From the NCBI GenBank assembly GCA_951406725.2, contig OX597830.1:32798001-32862000 (forward strand): a stretch of 64,000 nt of DNA, in the 5' to 3' direction. Of the stretch, positions 43,105 through 56,169 are shown piece after piece. The translations under genes and the position numbers were made by a program. Each line of letters begins with the position of its first letter. The stretch's first letter is position 1. The notes below the pieces were generated by a model. It did no database searches. It saw nothing but the letters and a program-made list of their open reading frames with translations, and was not told the origin of the DNA. This DNA comes from Octopus vulgaris. Its lineage: Eukaryota.

Positions 43105-43355
43105 ATATGGCCTAGTGGTTAGGGGTGTTTCAATTCCAATCATAAGTTCATGGGTTCAGTTCTTTAATTGGGTAGTTTGCTGTGTTCTTGAGAAAAACTC
43201 TGAATTTCATGTTGGTCCAACGATGAGGTCCAACAATATTTGAGAAGTTAACCCTGCAACAGAGTGGGATTGTTGTGATCCTGGTTGCCTATATATCAAT
43301 ATATCATAGAAACTGTGTGAAGCCCTGATTTTGTAAGACCTGGGCTCAAGAGAGA
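43105..43355 (+). mobile_element. Diverged tRNA-derived SINE (E-type head)
   Basis: TGGCCTAGTGGTTAGGG...GGGTTCAGTTC...GTGTTCTTGAG. A similar head lies at ~37635-37720. Confidence 0.6.
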
Positions 43356-43518
43356 AAAAAAAAGAAAAGATACAGAAATGACAGAAAATAAGAAAGAAAG
43401 TGAAGGAAAGAATGGAAAATAAATAAAGGAAAAATGAAAGAAAAACGATGAGAATCCTTAACAAGACACAGAACAGAATCCAGTTCCACTTATCCTGTCG
43501 CAGAAAAAAGTGTTAAGT

Positions 43519-44140
43519 TTAGCCCTTTAGCATTCAGTTTATTCTGTTAAATCATCATCATCATCATCATTGTTTAATGTCCGTTTTCCATGCTGGTATG
43601 GGTTGGATGGTTTGACTGAGGACGGGCAAACTGGGAGGCTGCACCAGGCTCCAATCTGATTTGGCAAAGTTTCTACAGCTTAATGCCCTTCCTAATGCTA
43701 GCCACTCCATGAATGTAGTGGGTGTTTTTTACATGCCATCAGCATGGGAGCCAGTCAGGCAGCACTGGTATCAACCACATTCAGATGGTGCTTTTTACAT
43801 GACACTGGCACAGGAGCCAGATAGGGGACACTGGTATATGACCACATTCGGATGCTGCTTTTAAGTGCCACCAGCATGGGAGCCTGTCAGACAGCACTGA
43901 TATCAACCACATTCAGATGGTGATTTTTACATGTCACCGGTACGGGATCCGGTCAGGTGGCACTGGCCTTGACCACATTCGGATGGTGCTTTTTACTCAC
44001 ATTGTTTTCAATTAATCAAGTATTATCTCATGGCTTTGAGATTTCCATCATGTGATCGAAAATATTTTTAGAATGATATTGTTGGGTAGGTGTGAGAAGC
44101 CAGATCTGATCAGTTTGAATAGGAAGAATATTTTGACTGG
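43519..44140. mobile_element. piggyBac-type MITE split by a SINE C copy (43552-43996, minus)
   Basis: It starts TTAG|CCCTTTAGCATTCAG and resumes at ~43998 as the reverse complement of 32450-32590. The SINE C copy carries about three internal ~60-bp repeats. Confidence 0.7.
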
Positions 44141-44258
44141 ATGGGACCAAAGGGCCAGAGAAGTTGTAGTGCAAGACATTAAACAAGAAATGTCTTTGAT
44201 CTATTTCGTTTTTGGATTTGGTTTGCAAGATTCTTTATGTGAGTTCGTGTGTTGAAGC

Positions 44259-44534
44259 ATATTCTGTTGTGTCTGGGGAGAGTCATTTTCTTTTTGTGCC
44301 TTATAATTTAACACACTCACCGGTAAAATTTCCACTTATTCCTTATTTTCATTTTCCTAAAATTTTCGTTGCATCTTGCAAACTTTTCAATAGTCTTGAC
44401 TCTTGAAAAGGTTGCAAGAAGCAACGAAAATTTTAAGAAAATAAAAATAAGGAATAAGTGGAAATTTTACCAGTGTGTGTGTTAAATTATAAGGCACAAA
44501 AAGAAAATGACTCTCCCCAGACACAACAGAATAT
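44259..44534. repeat. 276-bp near-perfect palindrome (137-bp arms, 2-nt loop)
   Basis: 44259-44395 pairs with 44398-44534 with no indels and about 7 mismatches by manual count. Confidence 0.95.
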
Positions 44535-44726
44535 TGGTTGCCTTCATTTATCTCACATGATTACAGAGCAAGTTACATGTGAATGAAGGATGCTCCACAG
44601 CAGTGGTCCTCAACCATTTTTCTTTAACCTAAACACCCCTTTGATTCTAGTTTTACCCTACTGGTCCCCCATGACCATTTGATGTTTTAAAAACCCTTGT
44701 TAGTGTGGTAAGTAGCTTGCTTATAG

Positions 44727-44775
<49 letters not shown>

Positions 44776-44859
44776 CACTTTATTAAAAAGCAGCAGAAAT
44801 ATCACAAAAACTGTTACTCAGAGTTTCACATTCTCGTTTATCATATATATATATATTCA

Positions 44860-45270
44860 TCATGTTGAACTGTTTATCCATACTCATATTTTTCTCTCTC
44901 CATATATTTCTCATTCTCTCTCCATGTTTTTACCTCTCAACCCTTTCTGTCAAAGAGCATAGGCTCAAAACATCAAAGACTTTTCCCAACCATCAAAGTA
45001 ATATACCAGCTTGTTAAGGCAGCAAACTGGCAGAAACGTTAGCATGTCGGGCGAAATGCTTAGCAGTATTTCGTCTGTCTTTACGTTCTGAGTTCAAATT
45101 CCACCAAGTTCAACTTTCCGTTTCATCCTCTCAGGGTTGATAAATTAAGTTCCAGTTGCATACTGGGGTTGATCTATTCAACTGACCTCTTCCCCAAAAA
45201 TTTCGGGCCTTGTTGCTTAGAGTAGAAAAGTATATGCCAGTCTTCTTCTCTTTTCTGTTAATTTGAACAA
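44860..45270 (+). mobile_element. Penelope-like pLTR fragment (decayed hammerhead at 44943-44978) interrupted by SINE B (45016-45230, +)
   Basis: CTTT-CTGTCAA-A-GAGC-ATAG-GCTC-AAAA-CA-TC-AAAG. It is the same family as 2498-2650. Confidence 0.6.
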
Positions 45271-45734
45271 TATACATATTACATAATTATTTGTATTTTC
45301 CATTTCATCACTGACCAGCTCTACGCAATGTATGCACAATCTACAATACTTCAGACACCATAGGTAACCTTGAAAACCAACTTTCATTGTATGCTAACAA
45401 CATTCACTGTGAGTATGAATTATTAAATACAAATTATGATTTGAAATTCATGAAAGAGAAATATAAAAGTGTGAGAATGTCATTCCTTTGTTGACAACAT
45501 AAATAAAAAGCAATCACAAATTGGATTATTAACTCCATTCTTCGAGAATGTATTTTTCGGCTATTATATAGGATTGTGAGAAGAATTATGTTTGTTTTTG
45601 CAAGTATAGTAGCAAAGCTAGTTTATATATTTTAAATTTGGCTTTATCTCTACAACACATTTAATTGTAACACTAAAAATTATTGTGTCATGAAAAAAGA
45701 GGATGTGAGAATCATATTTTAAAAAATAAGATAT

Positions 45735-45740
45735 ATATGA

Positions 45741-45777
<37 letters not shown>

Positions 45778-45875
45778 TGTGTATGTGAGTATGTGTGTGT
45801 GTTTGTGTGTGCGTGTGTGTATGTATGTTGCATGTATCTATGTATACACACATATATATGTATATATATATATGT

Positions 45876-45918
<43 letters not shown>

Positions 45919-45923
45919 TATAT

Positions 45924-45983
<60 letters not shown>

Positions 45984-46028
45984 TTATATATATATATGTA
46001 TGTATATGTATGTATGTATATATATATA

Positions 46029-46074
<46 letters not shown>

Positions 46075-46545
46075 CATGTGTATGCAAGCATGAAGATGAA
46101 CAGTAAAATTTTAATTGAAGTAATAGAAAAAGCAGAAATGTAAAAGCAAAAAAAAAAATAAATAAATGAATAAATAAATGAAAAGAAAATAAAGGCAGCA
46201 AAACAAAAAAAAAAAAAATTAAATGAAAATTATAAGTAAATAAAATATAAGATAAAAAAAAATAACAAAACAAGACAAAAACAAACAATGTAAACAGACC
46301 TTTCTTGGAATATTTCTCTGACAATGAAAGTTGTCACTCAGAACATGGTAATATCGTAATGCCAGAATCTATAAGGCAAAGATCTCGTATAGATTAAAAT
46401 ATTTGTTCATCTTCTAATTTGTTTAAGATTTCAGATTATGGGTAAATCTTGTGAAAATGTGCCAAAAATATGAAATTGAAGAAATTTAATTATGTTGCCA
46501 ACAAACATTTCCCATTACCCTCAAATGTAAGTGTGTATACATACA

Positions 46546-46641
<96 letters not shown>

Positions 46642-47009
46642 ATATATAGATATAGATATATACTACACATGCATACAGATATGCATGCGCACACACATAC
46701 ATGCAATGTATATACACACACATATCTATACATGCACATGCACACACACACATATATATATATGAATATCCATAATATTTATTTCATACTAGCATATAGA
46801 GTCCCCCTCCACACACACACTGAGAACACACTCACACATACATGTGTATACATATATATGTACATCATATATCTATATATATATACATACATACATATAT
46901 ATACACAGATATATAATATATATATGTATGTATATATATATATACACATATATACATATGCACATACATATATATATATATATAATCATACATGCATATA
47001 TGTATATAC

Positions 47010-47040
<31 letters not shown>

Positions 47041-47150
47041 CATACATATATATATGCACACATACACTCACATACGCATGCATGCATATATGTACATGTA
47101 CACATTCACACATGTTCGCACATGCATACACACACACACACACATGCACG
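45735..47150. repeat. TA/TG/CA/TACA microsatellite region
   Basis: Seen directly. Confidence 0.9.
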
Positions 47151-47446
47151 CGCGCGGGTAACATTTAACATTTTGTTTTTTATGTTTAGCTTCCTTATTT
47201 TTTTGGTTTGCATTCCATTTTCTTTAATTGTTTTAGTTATTTCCATTACCGTTGCTGTTGTTGTTTTTGTTCAAGTTGTTGTCTTTGTTGCATTGTTTTT
47301 TTTTCTTTTTTTATATAATTTATCTCAGTTAAATTTTTAATTTAATTTCTAATTTGAACAACTTTTATGCTTTTTTCATCATTTAGCAATTTTGTATTAT
47401 TTACTTATTTTGCAATATTTTGCCCTCCTTTGCTTCTTTTTGATAT

Positions 47447-48572
47447 TTCTCACATTTCCTTTTGAAAAAATACAACTTATTAGGTTACTAGGCTAACAGC
47501 AAAAGGGGCCAGTGCTTTGTAATTAGGTCTCAGGCATTGAACTATGTCCACAGTTAACCAAGATATTTAACAGTTTACTCTCGGACAGTGGTTCTCAACC
47601 AGGGTCCTTATGGCCCTTTATGGTCCCTGAAAGGTTTCCATTGTCAAAATTTATGTGCAGTAAACTGGATATAATTCTACAATTCTTTTATTCTTTTGTT
47701 CTTTGATTCTTTGGTTTGTTTTGGTTATTTGGCTGCAGTCACAATCCACCTTTCGCTACCGTATAAACATCAGCCATGCTCAAATGGTACCTTTTTATGT
47801 GCCACCAGCATAGGTGCCAGTCAGGTGACACTAGCATCGATCATGCTCAAATGGTGCATTTTACATGACGCTGGCACGGGTGCCAGTCAGGAAGCACTGG
47901 CATCTGTATATATTTGTATATATTTATGTGAGTGGGTCTTTGTGTTTATGTTTGTCCCCTCCACTCACCATCACTTACTTAACAACCAATGTTGGTGTGT
48001 TTATGTCCCTGTAACTTAACAATTCATCAAAAAAAAAAAAGTACCAGGCTTACAAAGAACAAGTCCTGGGATCAATTTCTTTGATTTCAAATTCCTCAAA
48101 AATCGTGCTCCAGCATGGCTGCAGCCAAATAACCAAAACAAACCAAAGAATCAAAGAACAAAAGAATAAAAGAATTGTAGAATTATATCCAGTTTACTGC
48201 ACATAAATTTTGACAATGGAAACCTTTCAGGGACCATAAAGGGCCATAAGGACCCTGATTGAGAATTACTGACCGAGAGTAAACTGTTAAATATCTTGGT
48301 TAACTGTGGACACAGTTCAATGCCTGAGACCTAATTACAAATCACTGGCCCCTTTTGCTGTTAGCCTAGTATCCTAATAAGTTGTATTTCAGGGACCCTA
48401 AAGGGCCATAAGGACCCTCATTGAGAATTACTGACCGAGAGTAAACTGTTAAATACATTGGTTAACTGTGGACACAGTTCAATGCCTGAGACCTAATTAC
48501 AAATCACTGGCCCCTTTTGCTGTTACCCTAGTAACCTAATAAGTTGTATTTTTTCAAAAGGAAATGTGAGAA
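47447..48572. repeat. Inverted duplication (292-bp arm vs 454-bp arm containing a 162-bp tandem duplication), 380-bp spacer
   Basis: 47447-47738 is the reverse complement of 48119-48572 once the 162-bp repeat (starts 48225 and 48387) is collapsed. Confidence 0.95.
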
Positions 48573-48705
48573 GTCGATTAGATCGACCCCAGTGTGTAAC
48601 TGGTAATTAATTTATCGACCCCAAAAAGATGAAAGGCAAAGTCGACCTTGGCGGAATTTGAACTCAGAATGTAACGGCAGACAAAATACCGCTAAGCATT
48701 TCATC
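48573..48705 (-). mobile_element. SINE family B fragment
   Basis: GATCGACCCCAGTGTGTAACTGGTAATTAATTTATCGACCCC...GAACTCAGAATG on plus. Confidence 0.8.
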
Positions 48706-49269
48706 CTTAGCAAATATACTACCTGGCCCTGTGCCATCAAAAATAACGGCTAATTGTAGCATTTTATATATAGATATGGATAGCAAATCAAATACACTTG
48801 TCAATGTTCACATACATTCACATACTTCCCTTGCACACGCACATACATACACACAGAGTTGAAACACTGTTTGATTCCTCTTTTCAGCATTGAATGTTCA
48901 CCATCCCACCAGTGTGCCATCACCCCTTCCTTCCTTCCTTATTCATCTATCACCCCTTCCTTTCTCATTCATATGTTGTGATGGAGAAAAACACAAGAGT
49001 ATTATCACAGTGGATGCATCATGCTAATTAAATTAAAGAAGTGATTTACTATTTCGATATTTGTACAATTGGAATTGAAGTCAACTTCCTGATATTTAAA
49101 ATAAAGAATATTGGTTTTATTTTTTTATTGGAGAATATTGCAGACTAAGTTTATCGGGTGCTTAGATTCAATGGAATGGTTTGTTGAAAATGAATATGTA
49201 CGAATTTTTGGTTTTGTTGCTTTTTTATAAATTTATTGGAAAACCTAAATCAGCTCTGGGATTTACCCC

Positions 49270-49930
49270 CATCATCATCATCATCATCATCATCATCGTC
49301 GTCATCATCATGAACACCAACTGCCAGCACGACAGCATCATCACCGTCATCATATTCGTCATCATCATCATCATTATTATTACTAATGACATCGTCGGGG
49401 TTACCATCAACATTACCTTTCTCGTTATCATCATTGCTGGCAGCATTACATTGTCTGTCCATCGTCATCATCATCATCATCATCATTATGATCTTCAAAT
49501 TCATCATCATAATCATCATCATCATCGTCGTTGTCGTCGTCATATTCATCACTTCATTATCGTTGACATCATCATTATTGTCATTATCGTTATTGTTGAC
49601 AGCATTATGTTGCCTTTTCATCATCATCATCATCATCATCATCATCGTCGTCGTCGTCGTCGTCGTCGTCATCATCATCATCATCGTCGTCATCATTATC
49701 ATCATCATCATCAGCATCAGCATCAGCAGCAGCAGCAGCATCATTAGCATCATCATTACCACCACACCACCACCACCACCACCATAATCATCATTGTTAC
49801 CACCATCACAACCACTGCCACCACACCACATGACCATGACCACGACCACCACCGCGACCACCCCCACCATCACCATCACCATCACCACCACCACCACCAC
49901 TGCCATCATTATCATCATTATCATCATCAT
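49270..49930. repeat. (CAT/CGT/CAC/CAG)n tract
   Basis: Seen directly. Confidence 0.95.
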
Positions 49931-50348
49931 TGTCATTCCTTTCCTTTTTTTCCCCTTCTTTTCCATTTTACTTGTCGCTATTTTTACTCCATCATTTAAT
50001 CTCTCTCTTTTTTTTTTTACTTTTATTTTCATTTCTTTATAATTTGTTACATTCTCTGCATTCACTTTTCTTCTTTTCATTTTTACCATTGTTTCAGTTT
50101 TTACTGTTGTTGTTAATTTCATGCTTTTCTTATGTTGTCTTTTCTTTGTATCTTTTGGTTTTGCTATATTTTTCCCTTGATTTTCTTTATCTTAAACCTG
50201 TTGTTGCTGTTGTTGTTGTTACTTTAGTCTTGATGTTTTCTGTCATTGTACGTCTGGGTGATATGTCCTATGTGTCAAATCTGAGTATGTAATATGCATA
50301 CATATATCTGTATATGTATATTTATGTATGCATATATATATATATATG

Positions 50349-50396
<48 letters not shown>

Positions 50397-50399
50397 GAT

Positions 50400-50675
50400 T
50401 TTGGTGCTGCATAAAAAGTACTCCTGATAGAGGCCATGTAAAAACCACTGGTGCTGGTGCCACGTAAAAGAGCACTGGTGATGGTGCCATGTAAAATCCA
50501 CTGGTGCTGGTTCCATATAAAAGCATCCAGTACACTATGAAGTGGTTGGCATTAGAAAGGGCATCCAGCCATAGAAACCAAGCCAAAAGTGACTATACAA
50601 CCTGGTGTGGGCCCCTGGCCTTGCCAGTTTCTTTGAAGACATCCAACTCATGCCAGCATGGAAAATGGACGTTAA

Positions 50676-50708
<33 letters not shown>

Positions 50709-50730
50709 GTGATGATGATGCAGCTGATGA
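50400..50730 (+). mobile_element. SINE family C with about 4-5 copies of the 26-bp unit
   Basis: Units such as GCCATGTAAAAACCACTGGTGCTGGT are the reverse complement of the 40065-40860 unit. The family C 3' end and GAT tail follow. Confidence 0.8.
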
Positions 50731-50857
50731 TGTATATCTATCCATCAGTCCAAATGTGTTTGTATGCATGTGTGCATGTGTGTGTGCCTTTCTATCTGTC
50801 TATCTATCTATCTGTCTGTCTGTCACTCTCTCTCTCTCTCTCCCTAAACATACATAT

Positions 50858-51165
50858 CATCATCATCATCATCATCGTTTAGCGTCCGTTTTCCATGCTA
50901 GCATGGGTTGGACGGGTCAACTGGGGTCTGTGAAGCTGGAAGACTTCGTCAGGCCCAGTCAGATCTGGCAGTGTTTCTACGGCTGGATGCCCTTCCTAAC
51001 GCCAACCACTCCGCGAGTGTAGTGGGTGTTTTTTACGTGCCACCTGCACAGGTGCCAGACAGAGCTGGCGAACGGCCACGAACGGATGGTGCTTTTACGT
51101 GTCACCGGCACGGGGCCAGGCGATGCTGGCAACGGACACGAACAGATGGTGCTTTTACGTGCCAT
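50858..51165 (-). mobile_element. SINE family C, CpG-rich (probably young)
   Basis: CATCGTTTAGCGTCCGTTTTCCATGCTAGCATGGGTTGGACGG..., with ~60-bp internal repeats. Confidence 0.85.
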
Positions 51166-51239
51166 ATATACATGTATATATACGTGCCATATACGTGCCA
51201 TATATACATATGTATATATATATATATATATATATATCT

Positions 51240-51636
51240 TTTCTCTCTTTTTACTTGTTTCAGTCATTTTGACAGCGGCCATGCTGGTGCACCTCCTTTA
51301 ATCGAGCAACTCAACCCTGGGACTTATTCTTTGTAAGCCCAGTACTTATTCTATCGGTCTCTTTTGCCAAACTGCTAAGTGATGGGGACATAAACACACC
51401 AGCATCGGTTGTCAAGCAATGCTAGGGGGACAAACACAGACACACAAACATACACGCACATACATATATATACATATTTACGACAGGCTTCTTTCAGTTT
51501 CCGTTTACCAAATCCACTCACAAGGCTTTGGTCAGCCCGAGGCTATAGTAGAAGACACTTGCCACGCTGTGGGACTGAACCCGGAAACATGTGGTTGGTA
51601 AACAAGCTACTTACCTCACAGCCACTCCTGCGCCTA
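51240..51636 (-). mobile_element. SINE family A, full length
   Basis: Complete reverse-complement copy. Confidence 0.9.
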
Positions 51637-51657
51637 TATATATTTATATTTATATAT

Positions 51658-52101
51658 ATCTTTTTGAATATTCTGTCTGTCTACTTGTTGTTTTTGTTTT
51701 ATTTACTTACTAAATAAAATGCTGGGTAGGAACAGGGTGGGAAACTCAATGAGGTCAATGTATATATATAAACATATATATATATGCGTGTGTTTGTGTA
51801 TATATGTATATATATTATTGTTCTTGATGTAATCATTAAGTGTTATATGACATTCACTTCTTATATTTTCATTTATTTTGCTTTTACAATTCGTTTTGTT
51901 GATGATAGCATTATTTACATTGTTGTTGCTGTTGTTGTTGTTGCTTACAATTTTCCAATTATAATTTTTCTCAGTATTCATTGCAAAACATTGACCCCAT
52001 TGAGTTTCCCACCCTGTTCCTACCCAGCATCTTATTTAGTGAGTAAGTAAGTAAAAAACAACAACAACACCAAGTAGACAGACAGAATATTCAAAAAAGA
52101 T
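51658..52101. repeat. Inverted repeat, ~105-115-bp arms, ~226-bp spacer
   Basis: 51658-51761 vs 51988-52101 (e.g. ATGCTGGGTAGGAACAGGGTGGGAAACTCAATG / CATTGAGTTTCCCACCCTGTTCCTACCCAGCAT). Confidence 0.92.
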
Positions 52102-52269
52102 CTTATCTGATCTTCTTGTTAATATTGTTGTTACGTTTGTTTTTTTTTGCTTTTGTCATTGTCTTCTTTTGCCAGTAATTACCTGGTTTTGTGTCTAAGA
52201 CACAACTCAGCATTAGTGGTAGTTGTAGCAGAACCAGTCCCATCAATGTCTCAAAGAATCTGCAAAAGT

Positions 52270-52339
52270 CATTATTACTACCACTACTACTACTACTACT
52301 ATTATCGTTGTTATAATTATTATTGCTACTATTTTTACA

Positions 52340-52405
<66 letters not shown>

Positions 52406-52431
52406 GTTGTTGTTGTTGTTGCTGCTGTTGT

Positions 52432-52500
<69 letters not shown>

Positions 52501-52611
52501 CACTACTACTACTATTGCTACTTCTACTGTTATTATTATTAATATTTTTATTACCATCACTATTATTATTATTGTTATTACTACTACTACTTCTACTACT
52601 ACTACTTCTAG

Positions 52612-52658
<47 letters not shown>

Positions 52659-52705
52659 TTGTTATGATAATTATTATTATTACTACTACTATTATTATCA
52701 ATAAT
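52270..52705. repeat. (TAT/TAC/TGT)n tract
   Basis: Seen directly. Confidence 0.95.
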
Positions 52706-53936
52706 ATTAATACGCTAAGATTTTGTTTTTGTACGTACCTGTTGTGTTCATCACACTTACTTCAAGGGAGTGGCAAAACAAGAGAGAGGAGGACAGAGAA
52801 GAATTAAGAGAGAGAGAGAGAAAGGGAGAGTGAGAGAGTAAGATAGAAAGAGAGCGAGTGAGAGAGAAAGAGAGAGAGAGAGTGAACGCGACAGTGAGTG
52901 GTGATGGCGTTTGTTTTGTTTTTAAATGTTTCAGAGAGGAAGTAAGAGAGAAAGAGAGTGAAGAAGAGAGAAAAAGTGAGAGAGAGAGAGAAAGAGACAA
53001 TGAGTGGTGATGGTGTTCATTTTGTGTTTTTAAATGTTTATCACATCGCAAGAGAAGTAGATACATAGATACATATACACATTTTTAAAATCAAAAGTGG
53101 GAGAGAAGAGGGACACAAAGGAAGTGAAAGAGAAAGAGAGAAAGTGAGAGAGACAGCAGATACATAAATTCAAAGAAAAGTTCATACATAGATACATACA
53201 CAGAGCAAATATTGGATGTCAATTTCACTTTTCACTACCACACGAGGATAAAATTAATTCACAAATGGCTGAGTACTCCACCAACATGCATAACATTAAC
53301 ATAGTTCTCAAGGAGATTCTGCCTCACACAGAATATGACAAAGATGGCCCCTTTGAATTACAGCTACAACTCGAGACACATTTATATGAATGTATTTGTG
53401 TGTGTGTGTATAGTATGGGTTAGTTAAAAAAATGTTGGCAATAATAAGTGTTGTGTGGTGGAAATAAATGCAATTGCCAAACCTTCATTCATAGATCCAT
53501 TTATTATTTCATTCTTTTGCATTTCAATTTGTACATTAAGGTTCTTTGAATATGTACGATGTATTTTAAGGTTAAACAGTAATTCCATTTACGTTTTTGA
53601 AACTGAGATATTTTGGATGATTATATAGTCATTGGTGTTACATTACTTTCTGTATTCTGTAACTGTCACGATATACTTTTATAGGCCTGATTTTTTTGTG
53701 GGCAGGGGGCCAGTTAATTTCTTCTCTAAGGCACAAGTCCAAGCAAGGTTGTTTGTGGTAGTCTTGATGATGATGGTGATGATGATGATGATGATGAGGA
53801 GGAGGGGGATGGTGGTGATGATGGTGACAGTGATGATGATGATGATGATGAGATGATGATGATGATGAGGTGATGATGATGAGGATGGTGGTGGTGGTGG
53901 TGGTGATGAGGAGGAGGAGGAGGATGGGGATGGTGG

Positions 53937-53989
<53 letters not shown>

Positions 53990-54066
53990 CTGATGAGATG
54001 ATGATGATGATGAGGAGGAGGAGGAGAAGGATGATGGTGATGATGATGATGGCCTTGATGATGATG

Positions 54067-54088
54067 ACCCTAACCCTAGCCCTAACCC
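54067..54088 (-). repeat. Short interstitial telomere-like repeat, (TTAGGG) x ~3.5
   Basis: ACCCTAACCCTAGCCCTAACCC on plus. Confidence 0.6.
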
Positions 54089-54318
54089 ATGCATATCAGC
54101 TTCTCTTCTCCATGCTACCGATATTATCTAAGAGGAAGGCAAAGACAGATACAGCTTGGCACCAGTGACACTGCAATTCATTCCTACAGCTGAATGAACA
54201 GGAGCAACATGAAATAAAGTGTCTTGCTCAAGAGCACAACACACAGGTCTGGAAATTGAACTCACTACCTCATAATTATGAGCTTCATGCTCTAACCACT
54301 GATCCATACACCTTCAAC
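54089..54318 (-). mobile_element. SINE family E, 3'-truncated
   Basis: It aligns with 28155-28389 and stops at the telomere-like repeat. Confidence 0.8.
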
Positions 54319-54922
54319 CACATACTTATGCCTATTTATAAGGGATAACCCTTATTGCAACTCACAAATCAATATTAAGAAAAAATTTCAAATTACACCA
54401 AGGTTGAATTAACCATTTTTTTTTTGCAATGTTTAGGATTTTTAAAATTTTAGTTTGTGTTCTGGTTTCCAAATCCACCCTCAGATTTCACTTGATTTGT
54501 CTTTCATCTCTGAGAGAGGATGAGTGTGAGCGGAATAATTACCAGTTATGTTGTGAGGATTATTTTGGAAATTGTCGACTTCTCTCATCAAACAGAAAAA
54601 AAAATATATCACCACGATTGTCGTCATCATCATCATCATTATCCTCCTCTTCATCATCATCACCACCATCACCATCATCACCAGCATCTCCTCATCATCA
54701 CCATCATCACCACCACCACCGTCCTTATCATCATCATCATCATCCTCATCATCCTCATCATCCTCATCATCCTCATCTCATCATCTTCATCATCATCATC
54801 TCATCATCATCATCACCATCACCACCATCATCCTCCTCCTTCTCATCATCATCATCATCATCATTCTCACTTTACTGGATGCAAACAGCAGCAGCAGCAG
54901 TAGTGGTGTTGGTGTTGATGGT

Positions 54923-54960
<38 letters not shown>

Positions 54961-55165
54961 TATCCTAGTGCTAAGGATAATTATTGTAGTGTTGGTAGTG
55001 GTGGTGGTTTCAGTGGTGGTGGCTGTTGACATGGTGATAGTAGCAGCAGAAATAGTACTAGTTCTGGTGTCGTTGATATTGTTCCTAGTGGTGCTTGTGA
55101 TTGTTGTAGCGTGGCTTTAGTGTTGACATAACAGTAATAGAGTCATTATTGATGATGGCAATGAT

Positions 55166-55285
55166 GAAGGCTAGTAGCTTAGTGTCTCGGGCATTCGGCT
55201 GACAATCATAAGGTCATGGGTTCAATTCTCAGCCGTGTGTTGTATTCTTGAGCAAGACACTTTATTTCCCATTGCTCATCATCAA

Positions 55286-55339
<54 letters not shown>

Positions 55340-55907
55340 TATCCTCCTGTTCATCATCATCACCTCATCATCGTCATCATCATCATCATCATCACCATCA
55401 CCATCACCATCACCATCATCACCACCATCCACCTCATCATCATCATCATCACCATTACCACCACCACCACCACCACCATCCTCATCATCATCATCATGGC
55501 CATCATCACCATCCTCATCATCATCATCACCTCATCATCATCATCATCATCTCATCATCATCATCATCATCTCATCATCATCATCATCATCATCACCATC
55601 ACCATCATCACCACCATCCTCCTCCGCCTCCTCCTCCTCCTCATCATCATCATCCCCACCACCATCCTCCTCCTCCTCATCATCATCATCACAACCACCA
55701 CCACCACCACTTGATGAAAATGAACTGCACTTGCATTACAAAGGGCTAACCTTGTCACATTCTGTGTCACCCTGAATTTCCCTATAAGCTATATTAAGGG
55801 TATGCGTGTCAGTGGAGCACCCAGCAACTTGCAATTCAATTTCTCGAGCGGGCTGTTCCAGTGGTTGGGTCACCTGGAACCCTTGTCGGCATAACTAACG
55901 AAGTGCT
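55166..55907 (+). mobile_element. SINE (E-type head, D tail) containing a ~430-bp (CAT/CAC/CCT) array
   Basis: The head is 55166-55277, the array runs to ~55710, and the family D tail ends GGAACCCTTGTCGGCATAACTAACGAAGTGCT. Confidence 0.8.
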
Positions 55908-56169
55908 GGTAAATGAGTAAGATGGTGACGGCGATGTCGGTGGGAAAAGGATTGGTGATGGTGACAAGGCTGGTGGGACTGGAGATGCTGATGGTTGGTG
56001 GTATTGTCGTTAGAGGTAGCATAGGTAACGATTGTAATGATATTGGTGATGCTGATGGTCATGATGATGATGCTGCTGGTTGCAGGGATATTTTGGTTGA
56101 GGTGATGACAGTGATACTGATGCTGACGTTTTGGTGATGAAGACAGCGGTGATGACGGTTGTAAAGTTT

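Noticed and set aside
47586-47600. hAT/Charlie-like terminal motif CAGTGGTTCTCAACC (similar at ~44622)
   Set aside because: I found no independent matching opposite terminus or 8-bp TSD. The mirrored copies come from the inverted duplication.
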